A stretch of 64,000 nucleotides of DNA from Lama glama (GCA_028534125.1 CM052818.1:41976001-42040000), one strand, 5' to 3'; positions 49,200-61,579 are shown, counted from the stretch's first letter. Numbers and translations are program-made. The notes: generated by a model from the letters alone, not told the origin.

Positions 49200-49678
49200 C
49201 TCTATCTAGATTAAATTTTAAAAACCTGTCACTCACAGCCTTAAAATCCTTGGATGGCTTCCCATGACCTTTGACAAGGCCCAGACTCCTTCACATGGTT
49301 TCTCAGATCCTTTACGACCTGTCCTTTACTCACCCCATCACCCTCAGATTCCACTATCATCTGCCCTCCACTCTCCCCTGGACCTTTGCATTTACTGTCT
49401 CTGTTGCTGAAATATCATCTCTGCTGCTCCACCCAGTTAGTTTCTTCTCATACTTAAGTGTTTAGCTTAAGAGCCACTTCTTTCAGGAGGATTTCCAAGA
49501 CCCCTGGACTAGATTGCAGTCTATTTCCATATCATTCCACCCGTATCACTTTTATTGCAGTTTCTTGTGTAATGACCCTCTTTCCCCATAGATATAAATT
49601 CCATCAAGGCAAGAACCACGTCTGCTCTTTTTCCTTGACATCCTGCGTACACAATAAATGTTGGATGAATGAATGAGA
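49200..49678 (+). mobile_element. L2 LINE 3' region
   Basis: 'tgtcactcacagccttaaaatccttggatggcttccca...gacctttgcatttactgtc...tagatataaattccatcaaggcaagaacc...caataaatgttggatgaatgaatga'. Confidence 0.8.
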
Positions 49679-49747
49679 TACTTTCCATTGCCTCTAACCT
49701 AATTATGAGAAGTGTCCATTTCACTCATTCTCTTATTGTGCCATTTA

Positions 49748-49912
49748 CTTATTTATTTTTTAAACAGATATATATATATTTTGGGGGGGCAGGGGTAGGT
49801 AATTAGGTTTATTTATTTATTTATTTTTAACGGAGGTACTGGAGATTGAACCCAGGACCTCGTGCATGCTAAGCACACACTCTACCACTGAACTATATAC
49901 CTTGCCTCCCCC
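49748..49912 (-). mobile_element. tRNA-Ala-derived SINE (Vic-1-like)
   Basis: reverse complement reads 'gtatatagttcagtggtagagtgtgtgcttagcatgcacgaggtcctgggttcaatctccagtacctccgttaaaaataaataaataaataaacctaattacc'; 13-bp TSD ATTGTGCCATTTA (49735-49747) / ATTGTGTCATTTA (49913-49925). Confidence 0.92.
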
Positions 49913-51129
49913 ATTGTGTCATTTATCGTTTCAATAAAAATTCCTCCAATACATTTCACACTCCCGCCGCTGCTAACTCACTCCAAAAGATCCCATAAGA
50001 GGAACCTCACCTCTTCACATTTACTGAGGTCTGTGTGCATTTGTAAAAGGACCTTCCAGTTTATTCTTTTGCTAAACCATGTGTAAATTAAATGGTAATA
50101 AAGGGCTGATTAACTCAGACTGGATGTGGAGGTAGTTTGGGGTCAGGGAAGGCTTCTCTGAGAGGGAAGAACACTTGAAGGCCTCAGAGAATGAGAAACA
50201 GTTTGCTAGGCTGCCAAGAGTATGAGGACGTTCTAGACGCACAGAGAGTCTCCTGTGAAGGTCTGGGCCATGATTTGGAATGGCAGGGTGTGAGAGAGAG
50301 AGAGAGAGAGAGGTGCCACTCCGCCTTGCCTGGCCTCCCTCCATCACAACGCACTCACCCACGCAGTACCTCTGGACCACCTGAGGACAGAGTTCCTGGC
50401 ATATTCACCAGCGGATTTATCCTTGTGAAGGACTCAGAGGTGCAATGATTTGCCCAAAGGGACATACTGGTAGAAGACAGGGCGGAGATGCAAGCTCAGG
50501 TTTTCCTGAACCCAAAGAACAATCTCTTTTCCCTACATTCTGATTTTCGAGGAAGCCCCTGATGAGATCCACCTTCCTGGGCCTTGAAGAGAAGATTTAG
50601 AAACTGTATATCTTGTTTTTGGGAAAAGTCACTTTAGTGAGGCTCCTCCTGAACGGACTAAATGAATATCTGAGGCAGTTATTCAGATAATTAATGTCAG
50701 AAACACACCCACAGATCTTTTGTTGTTGTTGTTTCTCAATCATTAGCATATTTCGGGTGTAAATTGGTGGGTTTTTGACTTAAATTATTTGGTTAATTGT
50801 CTTGCAGGTGGAGACACATTCTCAGAGGGAGAAGATTGCCAAATCTGTGTGCTCAGACCCCAGCCCCAGGCACCTTGGCACAGAAAGACCTTTGTGAGTG
50901 AGCCGCCTAGTAGGAATAACAGTTATTATTTGAGAACATGAGATGTTGGAAAATTGGCATGTACACAGTGCAGAAAGTGTGTCGCCCCCAACCTCCCCAG
51001 AATTGCCTGTATGGGCAGAGAAACTAATGAGCTGCCGGGTTATTATTTCAAAACTGACCTGGTAGGAAACGTAGCTCCGGGAAGTATTGCCAGGAGTTCT
51101 GAAATTACTACATTTGGAGAATGTTTAAA

Positions 51130-52080
51130 CATCAGAGATAGAAGAGCTCTTAAAATCACCTAAACCAACCCCCTCACTTTATAGATGGGAGTGCCAGGTC
51201 ACAGAAGGGCAGCCCCTGCCCAGGGTCGCACCAGCTGGCTTGCCGCCACCCTCTCGCTGTGCAGAGTCTGACTTTGTCCCCTGTGGAGGAGAGCTTTCCC
51301 CTCCGGACCCTCCTGGGGACTCTGTCCTGCAAGCCCCCAGGGACAGTGCATCCAATGGGGAACAAATGGGTTCTGGTGCTCTCTGGGCAGCCACCTCTGG
51401 GACTTTGGTCCTCACATTCCTTTCAGTGTCTCCTGCGAACCAGGCATTTCATCATCACCAAGGTTGGCATCATTATCTCCATCTTGCAGGTAAAGGAAAC
51501 AGAGACTCAGGAAGCCAGATGGCCTTGACAAAGCCCCCAGCCGAGGATTATAACCCAAGACTGAGGGATTCGAAAGCCCATGCAATCCATTGACCACTGG
51601 GGCCTCCATTGTGTACCAGAAGGCGGCCAGCCGGAGAGGAACACAGAGACACTAAGGAGCAGAGATTAGGGAGGGGACCCTGGCACCACGTGACCTCAGG
51701 AAAGTCTCTTCCTGTCTCCAGCCTCAATTCTTCCACCTTTGAAACGATGCCGTTGGACAAGATACTTAAGGTCTCTCTGAAACCCGCCATGCAGAGCCCC
51801 TATCTGATCCGCTCCTCCATCCTAACTCCACACATCCCTTAGTTAACTCGCCCCCTCCCCCAGTCCGTCCACAGATGTCATTAGGAACCTATGAGGTCCC
51901 ATCCGCTGTGAGGCGTTCTCGTCTACAAGCTGTGTCATTGCTCACAGTCTGATTATCCCCTTGAGGGAAGAGGAAATTGAGGCTGAGCGCAGGGGAGTGA
52001 CTTGTCCAGGCTGTGCACTGATGCTGCAGCCGATCTGGGATCGGTGTTGGGGTCATGTGATTCCAAATTCAGGGCTCCTC
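51130..52080. mobile_element. cluster of about four MIR/MIR3 fragments in both orientations
   Basis: cores near 51175 ('cactttatagatgggag'), 51480 ('ccatcttgcaggtaaaggaaacagagactcag'), 51690 ('gtgacctcaggaaagtc...gcctcaattc') and 51965 ('gaagaggaaattgaggct...tgacttgtcc'). Confidence 0.65.
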
Positions 52081-53002
52081 CCCAGGGGCCAGAAGACGCT
52101 CCAGGTTCACAGGCCAGAATCACCATAGGAGTTTCTTTACGGTTCAGGCAGGTAAGCAGACAAGGTAAGCCACAGGATGGCCGCCCCTAACAGGATGCTG
52201 TTACTCCCAGGGCCCAAGGTCCAGGGCTGGAACGTTCTGCTGCCTTCAGGCGCCTGGGTAAACCCTCCACGGCCCAGGCTATCCATCTTGCCCTAATGCT
52301 CTGGGGCAGAGACTGTGTAGTTTGAACCCAGAGTCCACTGAAGCCCCACAGCACCAAAGATGCTGCCAGCTGTGGCCTGGGAGAAATGCACTCCCAGGTC
52401 CCCATGAACCAGCCAACGCACAAGGAGCCATCCGCCACCCTTCCTGCTGAAAGAATGGGCATTCTTGAGTCCTGCCCACCCCCCACCCCGGGCACTGTGC
52501 ACTGCGCTCCCACACAGCCCCTCCTACGGAGGGCCCAGACAAGAGGCAGATTCACTTCAGACACAATAAACGCACAGAACACTTACCCTCCGTACAGCTC
52601 AGATCCGACCTGATGCTCATTCCTGACCCCACCTCCCCAGCCCAGATCAAGTGTCAAGCAGGCAGAGCTGATTCTGAGAAAAGCCCTACTTCCTGCGGTG
52701 CCCTGGTCTCCATGGACTCCGAAGAGGTTTGTTTCAGAATCCAAATTCCTGGGTACACGAGACCAGCTTGCATTCGTGACAGCCATAAGCTTGGGCACAT
52801 CCCTTCCACTCTCTGGGCCTCTGTTTCTTCATCTCGTAAGCCCTGTCCTGCCCACCTTGTGAGATGTTTAAGGGTCCAGCGGTAGGTGATCTGGATTTGG
52901 AATTCAGGCACTAATCCCAAATCTGGGCCTCTCCACACCACGATGCTTTCTTCTTGTTTTTGGGGTGGGCAGTCTCCGATATACTGTGAGCCTAGGAGTG
53001 AT

Positions 53003-53545
53003 GTTGAGTGGACATTTGTCATTCTCTTTAGCCAAAAAAATAAAATCTGACCCCCTCCACCCCATATATTAACCACCTGTGAGTCTTGGTGGGAGGCAGA
53101 GCCTGTCCCCACGGTACAAGCTGAAGTCGGCCCGTCCTGACGGTGCCAGTCTGGAGCAGGTGATCCTGTCCTGGTCTTCAGCATCAGCTGCAGCTGCCTG
53201 GACCTGACTCCAGGCTGGTGAGGCAGGAAGTGGGGATGCTCTTGGGTGGCAGTCAGGCGACAGGAGAAACAGACGGGGCTCCTGGGGCAGCAGTGGCCAC
53301 TTGGCTGGCAGCTGTGGCCATACCGAGAGTCCAGTATCCCAAGCCGGGAGCAAGTGACAGCATCTAGTCCTCAGTGGTGGAGGCATTCGTGTCCTCGCAT
53401 CCAGTTCCATCATTTGGTTCTCACCCACCCGCTTGGGTCTCCAGCCTTCCCGAACTGTCTGAACCATCCTTGTCATGAATCCTTTTCTGTTCTTATTGGC
53501 CAGAATCTTTTCGGTCACTGGTAGTTAAGAACTCTGACTGATGAA
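53003..53545 (+). mobile_element. ERVL LTR (LTR16/LTR33-like)
   Basis: 3' end 'atccttttctgttcttattggccagaatcttttcggtcactggtagttaagaactctgactgat' resembles LTR16/33 termini; left boundary uncertain. Confidence 0.55.
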
Positions 53546-53589
53546 GAGGCCAACTGATGGACCATTTCCCAAATTGTCTCAAGTCTCGG

Positions 53590-53760
53590 GTGTCAGACTT
53601 GGTCTTCACTCTGACCATCTCTGTGACTTTGGGCTAATCATTAATCTTGGAGCCTTCATTTCCTTCTTCGTAAAATGCAAATTAAAGTGCCCCCACATGG
53701 CATGAATTGAAAGAGTAAATGAGGTCCCCGCATGTGACAGCCCCTGGCAGGAGCATGCCA
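53590..53760 (+). mobile_element. MIR SINE
   Basis: 'ctgtgactttgggctaatcattaatcttggagccttcatttccttcttcgtaaaatg'. Confidence 0.7.
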
Positions 53761-54429
53761 CATGGAGGATTCTTTCTCTATGATGAAGATTTAAAGCATG
53801 GGCCATGGCCTCAAAGGCTGCAAGATCCTCCACTAGTCTCCTGCCTCTTACGCCTGCTGAAGCAACTGCCCATCCTCCACTTTACCCCGGAGACAAACTT
53901 CCCCCCACCCACCTTCCCAACCCCGTCTCCCACTTCTAGCATCTCTAGTCCAGCCTCTGCTCAGCAGATCATGTGCTTTGTTTCTATCCATCCCCTGACC
54001 ATTTCTTCCCTCCTGTTTGTTTACCCAGGCCCTGTCCAAACTCTCCCCAAATCTTCCTTCTCCACCAGCAGTGAGCGCCCCAAGGTGATGCACCAGAGTC
54101 CAGGGACTCTCTCTCTCTCATCCATCTCCAAATCCCCAACGTCCAGCCCAGGGCCTGGCACAAATGAGATGAAACCAGTCAGCCCTGTGAGTTGGGAACA
54201 GTGCAGCTCAGAGCATCCTGTAAGAGGGAGAGAGGCCAAGGGTCAGAACCCCCATTTGAAAGGTGAGAAGAACTCAGCCTGGGAGAGGACTTGCCCAAAG
54301 GCAGCAACTCCCCGCAGGCCAAGGGATTTCAGTGGGAGCTCGGTTTGCTAATCGTTTGGGGGACATTATGGGACTACTACAATCTTGTTGCGTATTTTGC
54401 CTAATTTCTTCACTCCATATAAATGTCTT

Positions 54430-54460
54430 AAAAAAAAAAAAGAAGAAGAAGAAGAAAAAG
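54430..54460 (+). repeat. (A)n(GAA)n simple repeat
   Basis: 'aaaaaaaaaaaagaagaagaagaagaaaaag'. Confidence 0.9.
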
Positions 54461-55717
54461 GAAACATTTTAGTGGGGAGGAAACAATTGCTGCCTGTGGA
54501 TAGTTAGGGGTCTATTTTGGTGCCAAAGCAGGGAGCAGGCTGAAGAAGTTGACAAAGACAATTCCACAAAGTAATGATAAGTCTCACTTTCTCTTGAATC
54601 ACAAACAATTTGCATTTTTCTTCTATCCTCTCCAGAGAGTAAACTCTGCCAGCCTAGGCTGACAGTGGGCCTGGAAGAGGCTGAGCTCAAGGAGCCCCTC
54701 CCCATGGCCAGCCCACCAGCAGAACCCAGTCACCCACTCAACTTCTGCCCTGGAAACCGCCCGTGCCACTGGCCAGAGCATTTGGGCAAAGAACGTCTGC
54801 GCTGAGGCCTTGGGGTTTGAGTCTAAATCTTTGGGGGCTGCAGGGTCAGGCTTGTGTTTGGAAAAGAGTCTTGCCTAATGGCTTGTCTAGTGTATTTGAC
54901 ATCCAGGGTTTAACATTTTCTAACACCTCCTCCTCTAAACAACCAAATTATTTTCAGTTATAATCAACCTTTTCTTGGTTACTTCTTCAGTTTCGAAACA
55001 AGCAATTAACAATTCAAAATGAAAAATGCATTTCACTTTTAAAGATATTGTACAAATCCAGTCAAATAGTGTATGTACAAACTAAATTTTGCATTTACTG
55101 AACAAACATAGTACCCCTCACAGTTTGCACCATTTGACTCTTTTCAATTTTAAACACAAATAAAAGCTCCAAGTGATCACATGAAGGATAGAATGACAAA
55201 CTCAAGTTCTGTTTCTTTATCTTCACAACCCCTGTGCTGTCGGTATTTCACATCTCTTATTTAAAGTCAGTAATGAGTGGTACCGCAGGGGTTGAACACA
55301 CACTCTGCACCAAAGCAATTCAAAGGACTTGAGACCATTACAAAATTATTCTCAAAACCGGCACATTGGCTTGGTCCATATGTGCTGAGGGAGCCAATTA
55401 TACATGAAAGTTCTCCAGATTAACTTCTACAAAGAATACAATGCCTACTAAGGATAAGTGATTAAAAACTCATATATATGTGTGTGTGTTGATATATTTT
55501 TTTATATAATTTTTAATATAATACATATGTGTTTATATAACATGGACACACACACAGAGTAATCCTAGCTATTGTTTAGAACTTAGATCCACAGAAGACA
55601 TTTTGAAAAGGAATGTTTTATCACTGATGTTGTTTAGAATTGCCAGCACATGGTGATAAGAAAAAGCAGGCTGACTTTTAGTGGTTCGAATGTTGTTTTT
55701 AAATTCTGCGGAGACAA

Positions 55718-56380
55718 TACCCATTAAATGGTTACTTCCCATTTCCCTATACCCCCATTAGACCCTGGTAACCACCAATCTGCCTTTATGGATTTCAGTT
55801 CATTCTGGATGGCTCATATAAGTGGGATCCTAAAATATATAGCCTTTTGTGTCTGGCTTCTTTCACTAGGCAAGATGTTTAAGGTTCATATAAGTTGTAG
55901 CACATAGTACATCATTCCTTTTATGACTGTATAGTACTCCACTGCATGTCTACACCACATTTTGTTTATGCATTTATCCATTGATGGAAATTTATGTTAT
56001 TTCCACTTTTGGGCTGTTGTGATTACTGCTGCTATTCCTATTCATGTACAAGTACTTAAATGTCTATTTTCAATTCTTTCGGGTATATACATAGGAGTGA
56101 AATTGCCAAGTCATATGGTAATTCTGAGTTTAAATTTTTAAGGAAACTCCATAATGTCTTCCACAGTGGCTGCACCATTTTACATTCCCACCAGCACTAG
56201 GATTCGAATTTCTCCACATATTCAATAATACTGGTTTATTTTTCATTTTTTTAAAATTATAGTCATCCTCACAGGTATGAAATGTATGTTATTGTGGTCT
56301 CGATTTGCAGTTTCCTAATGATTAATGATGTTGAGCATCTTTTCATGTGTTTATGGCCATTTATAGATCTTTGGAGAAAG
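55718..56380 (-). mobile_element. L1 (L1MB-like) ORF2 end + 3'UTR, missing its extreme 3' end
   Basis: 'ccctggtaaccaccaatctg...gtctggcttctttcact...gggtatatacataggagtgaaattgc..gtcatatggtaattct...ttccacagtggctgcaccattttacattcccaccagca...tttcctaatgattaatgatgttgagcatcttttcatgtg'. Confidence 0.92.
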
Positions 56381-56550
56381 GAGTTATGTTCTAAAGTAGC
56401 ACCCTGGCTGTCATGTGGAAACAGACTGGGGAAATTAGTTAGGAAGCCTCTGGTCTTCCAAAGGAGAGTTGATGAGAGCTGAGGCCTGGGGTAACACTAA
56501 AGGAGTGAGAGTGGTCAGGTTCTGGACATGTTTTGAAAGTAGAGTTTGCA
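56381..56550 (-). mobile_element. L2 LINE fragment
   Basis: 'ttatgttctaaagtagcaccctggctgtcatgtggaa...agttaggaagc...ccaaaggagagttgatg...tctggacatgttttgaaagtaga'. Confidence 0.7.
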
Positions 56551-58899
56551 ACGAAAGCTTCACCTCCCTGGGACATCGTCTTCTCTATTGGTTACCAGCT
56601 GAGTCTGCTGCAAGGTAAGGAGTCCACCCCATGGGGAAATTACTCTCTCTTACATCCAAAAAAACTCATTAACCAGGCAGAGATGAGTGCTGAGAGTAAA
56701 GAAGAAATTTGAAAAAAGAAAAGATTTTGAGCCCTCTGCAGCAGTCTGGCCCTAGACGTGGCTTTGGCAAGCTTTAGAACTCAAGAGATGTCTTTGCAAC
56801 ATTCTGACTTCATTCTTAAATTTGATGCCTGAATCATCTAGATTAGTAATCACCCCCTTCTCTGTAGCATGTGGCAGCTTCCCTGCTGGGTGCGTCAACC
56901 CTGACCTCCATCACCTCTTGTTGGAATCATGCATCACCCCCCCAGCCCCCTGCCTAGCTCTTCTTGCCCCATCTAAGATGCACCCCAACACCTTGGGTTG
57001 GAGTAAGACACAGCCACAATGTCCTCCTGCTCTTGAGCCCTCTGGGACTCTCTGGCCACTGTGCAGAGATGAGGGGTTGACCAGCTGCCCACATGTGTAA
57101 CCCAGGGTATCTATGGAACCTTGAGCAGTGGCAAAGCCTCCCAGCACCTCTGTGCTCTCAGGTCACTTGTTACATCACTTTGGTTTAAGATCACCTCCCC
57201 TCTCTGGACGTCAGTTTCCTTGTACCTACGATGAAGGAACACAAATAGACGTAGCACAGAGGAGGGAGTGCTAACCTGCATTTGGATCTTGATTACCACC
57301 ATCCGAAAAATGCAGACACATTGTAGATTTCAGCAAACATTTACTGACTAGATGAATGATCGGGAAGGTCTTCAGAGGAGATAACACTTAAGTTGACTCT
57401 GAGGTTAAGACGGGGTCATAGGTGCTCAGGCAGAGGGATCACCTTGTGTGAGCGACATTGATCGGGGGAAGTGAGGTACATATCGGGGTCGGTTAGGAAC
57501 AGCCTTTGACATCACACCATCCTTGACTGCAAAGCACAACCAGAAGATGTTGCCAACCCATTGTAACCAGATAGTTATTGCCAGCTGTTTATTTTTGATC
57601 TTCCTTATGACCCAAAGATTCAAAAGGGGCTGGGCTCACAGTTCCAGGGCCCCCACCCACCTATGGCTCTGTTTGTTACCGTCTACCCTGTCAGGAGCTG
57701 CTGTCTACTCCAGGAAGTGCATATTTCACACTTGGCTGGAAGGGACAAAAGGACTGAGGGGCCCAAACAGAAGTCAGATTGTTATATTGTTCTAAATAAG
57801 AATGCGTTGAGTTCTTGACAGAGATTCAAAAATGACAAGAACGAATTCTGTGTATTTTGCTGCTGGAAAGCAAAAATATTATTTTTGGAAAATGTCCTGT
57901 AGACACACCCTCCACAGCATATCAGGAGAGAAAATGTTTCAGTTAATGTGCTCCTGGCGTTGAGTGATGGGCAAATGGAAAGACCATCAGGCTGTGAGTG
58001 CCAGTGGGAGTGGTGGAGGTAGGTCTGGGAGCCCACAGACCCAGGGTCTGCCACATGGCTTCCATGGTGGCAATGCTAGCAGGCTGATCCCACTGAGAGT
58101 CGATGATGGAGCACATGGATTTGAGCCAAAGCCAAGTGCACCACAGCCCAGTAAGAAGAAAGAGAAGCAGGTGGGGACATCTTAAGATGGCAAGGTAGCC
58201 AGGACCCAAAATGGCCTTTCTCCTCCTCAGTCTCAACTTGCGCAGCTCACAGTTTCCAAAGTGTTTGCAAACCAGGTACCCTATTTGATGCTCCCAACAG
58301 CATCTGAAGGCCCTCAAGGCAGAAATTATGAACACAACTTTTCCCATCAAAACTGAGGCTCCATGAAGCCAGGTCTGCCTGACTCCTTGTCCTAGAGTCC
58401 TTTCACACCCCTGGTGCCCTCCTTCTGGAGATGCAAAGGAAGGGTTCGTAAGTCCTGCCTTCTTATGCTCACAGTCTTCCTGCCGCCTGAATGAGGGTGG
58501 GACCCTTCAGGTGATGTGTGTGAAGAGGTCCAAGAGGGGCCATCACCCAGTCTCAAAATGTCGTTGCATATTACAGGTATGTCTGAGGGACCCATCAACT
58601 GCTCAGCCTAAAGACTCCCAGGCTCAAGGGACAGTTCCTCCTCTCCCTCCCAGCTCACAGCTTCTGTGGGCAGGGACTGGAAGGAGACTTGGTGGGGAAG
58701 AGATGGAAAAGGCACCTTCATCACGGGAAGGGTTCATAACATGATGCAGCCGACTCCTCCTGAAAGCGGGGACTTGATGACTCACAATGTCCTTTTTTCT
58801 GACCTTAATCAAGCTCTTGTTCCTTGGTGCTGTCACAGTTACTCGAAATCGATTTTTTTCCCCTTTAAATCCAAAGAAAGGTAGTTCTAGTGATACCTC

Positions 58900-59030
58900 C
58901 ACAGGACTGAGCGCTGTGCCCAGGGCTTTATAATCCTGTCTCGTTTAAACTTCACTGCAGCCCTAGGAGATCCATGATGGTTTTGTCCCCATTTTACAGA
59001 TAAGAAAATGGAGGTTTAGAAAGAGGCACA
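58900..59030 (-). mobile_element. MIR SINE fragment
   Basis: 'gtccccattttacagataagaaaatggaggtttaga'. Confidence 0.75.
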
Positions 59031-59129
59031 TTTCCTCACCCATCAGAAGTCAATGGTGATATATATTCACTTATTCAGTGTTAGAAACAGAAACATTAAA
59101 AACCAAACTGTGTCATCCCATATTAGTCC

Positions 59130-59240
59130 TTTTTTTTTTCCTTTGTAGACTTTAGTTTTCAAAGCAGTGTTCGGTTCACAGCAAAATTGGATGAAAGGTA
59201 CAGAGATTTTCCCTGATCCCCCTACCATGCCCCACCATGC
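59130..59240 (-). mobile_element. short L1 (L1MC-like) 3' end
   Basis: poly(T) then 'tagactttagttttcaaagcagtgttcggttcacagcaaaattg...aggtacagagattt'; degenerate TSD TATTAGTCCTTT (59121) / TATTACTCTTTT (59241). Confidence 0.75.
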
Positions 59241-59449
59241 TATTACTCTTTTCTGAGACCAGAGAAAACCTTTTCTATGGCCACCGCCTGTCCTCTACGA
59301 GTGAGGTGAGTAAACTGTTCCACAAAAGCCAATCTTTCAGATTACAGACATTTTCCACTTGAAGTGATAAGCTTTTATATTTTTAGCCATTTGTGTTGAG
59401 AGTATAAAATGGATTATAAGCATTCCTGACTTCTTTAACAGAGTACATG

Positions 59450-59964
59450 TGTAACGGAAAAGAACAAACCTGACTCCATATTGGATCCATGCCTTTAGCC
59501 CTAACTTTTGTGCTGTTTCCTGTGCTTAGCCCTGCTGGTTCTGCACCCTTGTAAAAGGATGCTGCCTAGAGCCTGAAATCCACAGGACAGTCCATTCTCA
59601 AGGCTCTGACCTCTAAAAGTATAACTCTTTTCCACTTGAATAGAGATAAAAAGTTGCAGAACAGAAAACAATTGTCTTGTTGAAGGTTTACAGGAACATC
59701 ATGACCTGATCTATGTGGAAAGCTGCAAGAACAAAGGATTCTGGCACCAAGAAGTTTGCAACAACCTGCCACAGCCCCTCTCCTTTTAGTACAAAAGGAG
59801 CCTGAATTCTAACTTGGGTTAAGATGGTTCTTTGGGACACTAGTCTACCATCTTCGCAGTCTGCTGGCTTTCGGATTAAAGTTGCTTTTCCTTGCCCCAA
59901 CACCTTGTCTCTAGATTTACTGGCCTGTTGTGTGGTAAGCAGTAGGAGCCTGGACTCGGTAATG
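59450..59964 (+). mobile_element. MER41-like ERV1 solo LTR, full length (515 bp)
   Basis: starts TGTAAC, then 'ctgactccatattgg'; TATA-like 'tagtacaaaagg'; poly(A) signal ATTAAA at 59875-59880; ends 'ggactcggtaatg'; 4-bp TSD CATG at 59446-59449 and 59965-59968. Confidence 0.85.
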
Positions 59965-60619
59965 CATGCAACGTCAGTGACTTTAAACAGACTGTGATCT
60001 ACTGATGTCCTCTGAAAACAGCAGGTTCTATGAGCCCAGGTGTCCCTGTACTCACTGCCCCCACCTTGTCTCCAGTGACTAATTCCATTTTTTTCTCCAG
60101 CACCACTTCCCGCAGCTACTGCTTCTCTGTTCCATCTCTCAATGTGTCCTCAGCCCTTCTGAAGCATTATTCCCACTAACAAGGGGGGAGTTATTAGGTT
60201 TTCCAGAAGAAATCAGACACCCAACATGACTGAGTCAATCATTTTCACTCCACGCAGAATTCTGTGCCACCAAACTCTCACAGGAAAGCCCGAGGTTGGC
60301 CCTGTCTATTCCGTGGAAGAACACAGTCCTCGCCAGAAATTACTTCCCTTGCCACCCAGGTGCATTTCCTGCTTACCTCCGGTGTGATGGCCATGCTATG
60401 GAGTTGAGAGACTCCTACATCTGACCCCCAGCTAAGCAGAGTGCTGATCAAATTGCCCTACTGGCTAGGTAGAAATGGGGACTTCTAGCATGTTGGGCTG
60501 GTGCTGGACGTGCACAGAAGGAGACGATCTCGGATACCCAAGGTGAGACAGTCCCCTGGCTGCTGTTGTAAGTTGGGTAGAGAACCACAGCCTTGGTAGA
60601 GGAACCATTGCTTCAGGAT

Positions 60620-60800
60620 TATGCTAGGACCACCTTTATATACATTATCTTACTGAATTGTTACAGCAACCTCATGACATAGGTGCTTTCAGCCCCTCTG
60701 AAGCTCAGAGAGGCTAAGAAGACTGCCCTTGGACTTGAAGCTAGTGAAGGTAGGGGCCAGGATCCAAACCCTGCTGCCTGACTCTAAAGCTGGTGCCTTC
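60620..60800 (-). mobile_element. MIR SINE
   Basis: 'acagcaacctcatgacataggtgct...ctgaagctcagagaggctaag...gccaggatccaaaccc...cctgactctaaagc'. Confidence 0.75.
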
Positions 60801-61409
60801 CTGCCAGTGTCCATAGGCGTATGATGTCCCAGCACTGCACTCCGTCCACGGAGCACTGCCCCCAAGAGCACTGTCAGGATTCACGACTTGTGCAGTTGAA
60901 AACTTACTCATCCATGTTGGCAACAGGACCTGATTAACGCCAAGCTAATTTTAGATTTCCTCACAATTGCTCATCTTAATATAGAACAGCCCCTGAGGAT
61001 AGTGTTGGCCAATGTTTTGTTTTTGTTTGATTTGACCAAAAACAGGAGGACAGCAAAGGAGATGAGGTAATGGGGATATTACCACCCATGTAACATGCTG
61101 CTCCTTTGAAGGGTTTCAGGAAGCTCTGATGGGGACAGTGCCATGAATCACCGTCGGTTTTTTTCCAGCTAGTATTCAAGGGCGGCTTCCCTCAAGAGAT
61201 ACAGTGTTTAGCTTCCTAGCTGAAGAAAGGTAGAACCAGCCTCCACTGGGCTCTCTGATGTCTCTGAAGCATGATGGATACTTTCAGGACAGCTATGTGT
61301 TCAAGGCACAGTGACAGACACAGCGGGGGAGGGAGAAAGACAGAGGATGACCAGTCCCTCAGTGACTGACACAAACACACTTGCACATCGTGCAGCCAAC
61401 TCGTTGCCA

Positions 61410-61560
61410 AGCACACAGTTGCATTTTGTACATATCGTGAATAAATGTATGGAAATGACCGTGGCAGCATTATTTAGAATATTAAGAATTTAAAAGCAAC
61501 TCATGTGTTCAGGTCAATTGTCCTTAAGTAAATCATTGTGTAACCACAAGAGAATGGTTC
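61410..61560 (+). mobile_element. ancient L1 (L1ME-like) fragment
   Basis: 'gcagcattatttagaata..aagaatttaaaagcaactcatgtgttca...taagtaaatcattgtgtaacca' resembles the L1 ORF2 end. Confidence 0.5.
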
Positions 61561-61579
61561 TTACTCATCACACGTCTAC

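Noticed and set aside
53719..54351. 210-aa Pro/Ser-rich ORF
   Set aside because: Overlaps MIR fragments and a C-rich tract, has no recognisable domain, and is expected by chance in GC-rich DNA
56282..56482. ORF 'MYVIVVSICSFLMINDVEHLFMCLWPF'
   Set aside because: Well-known antisense translation of the L1 ORF2 end
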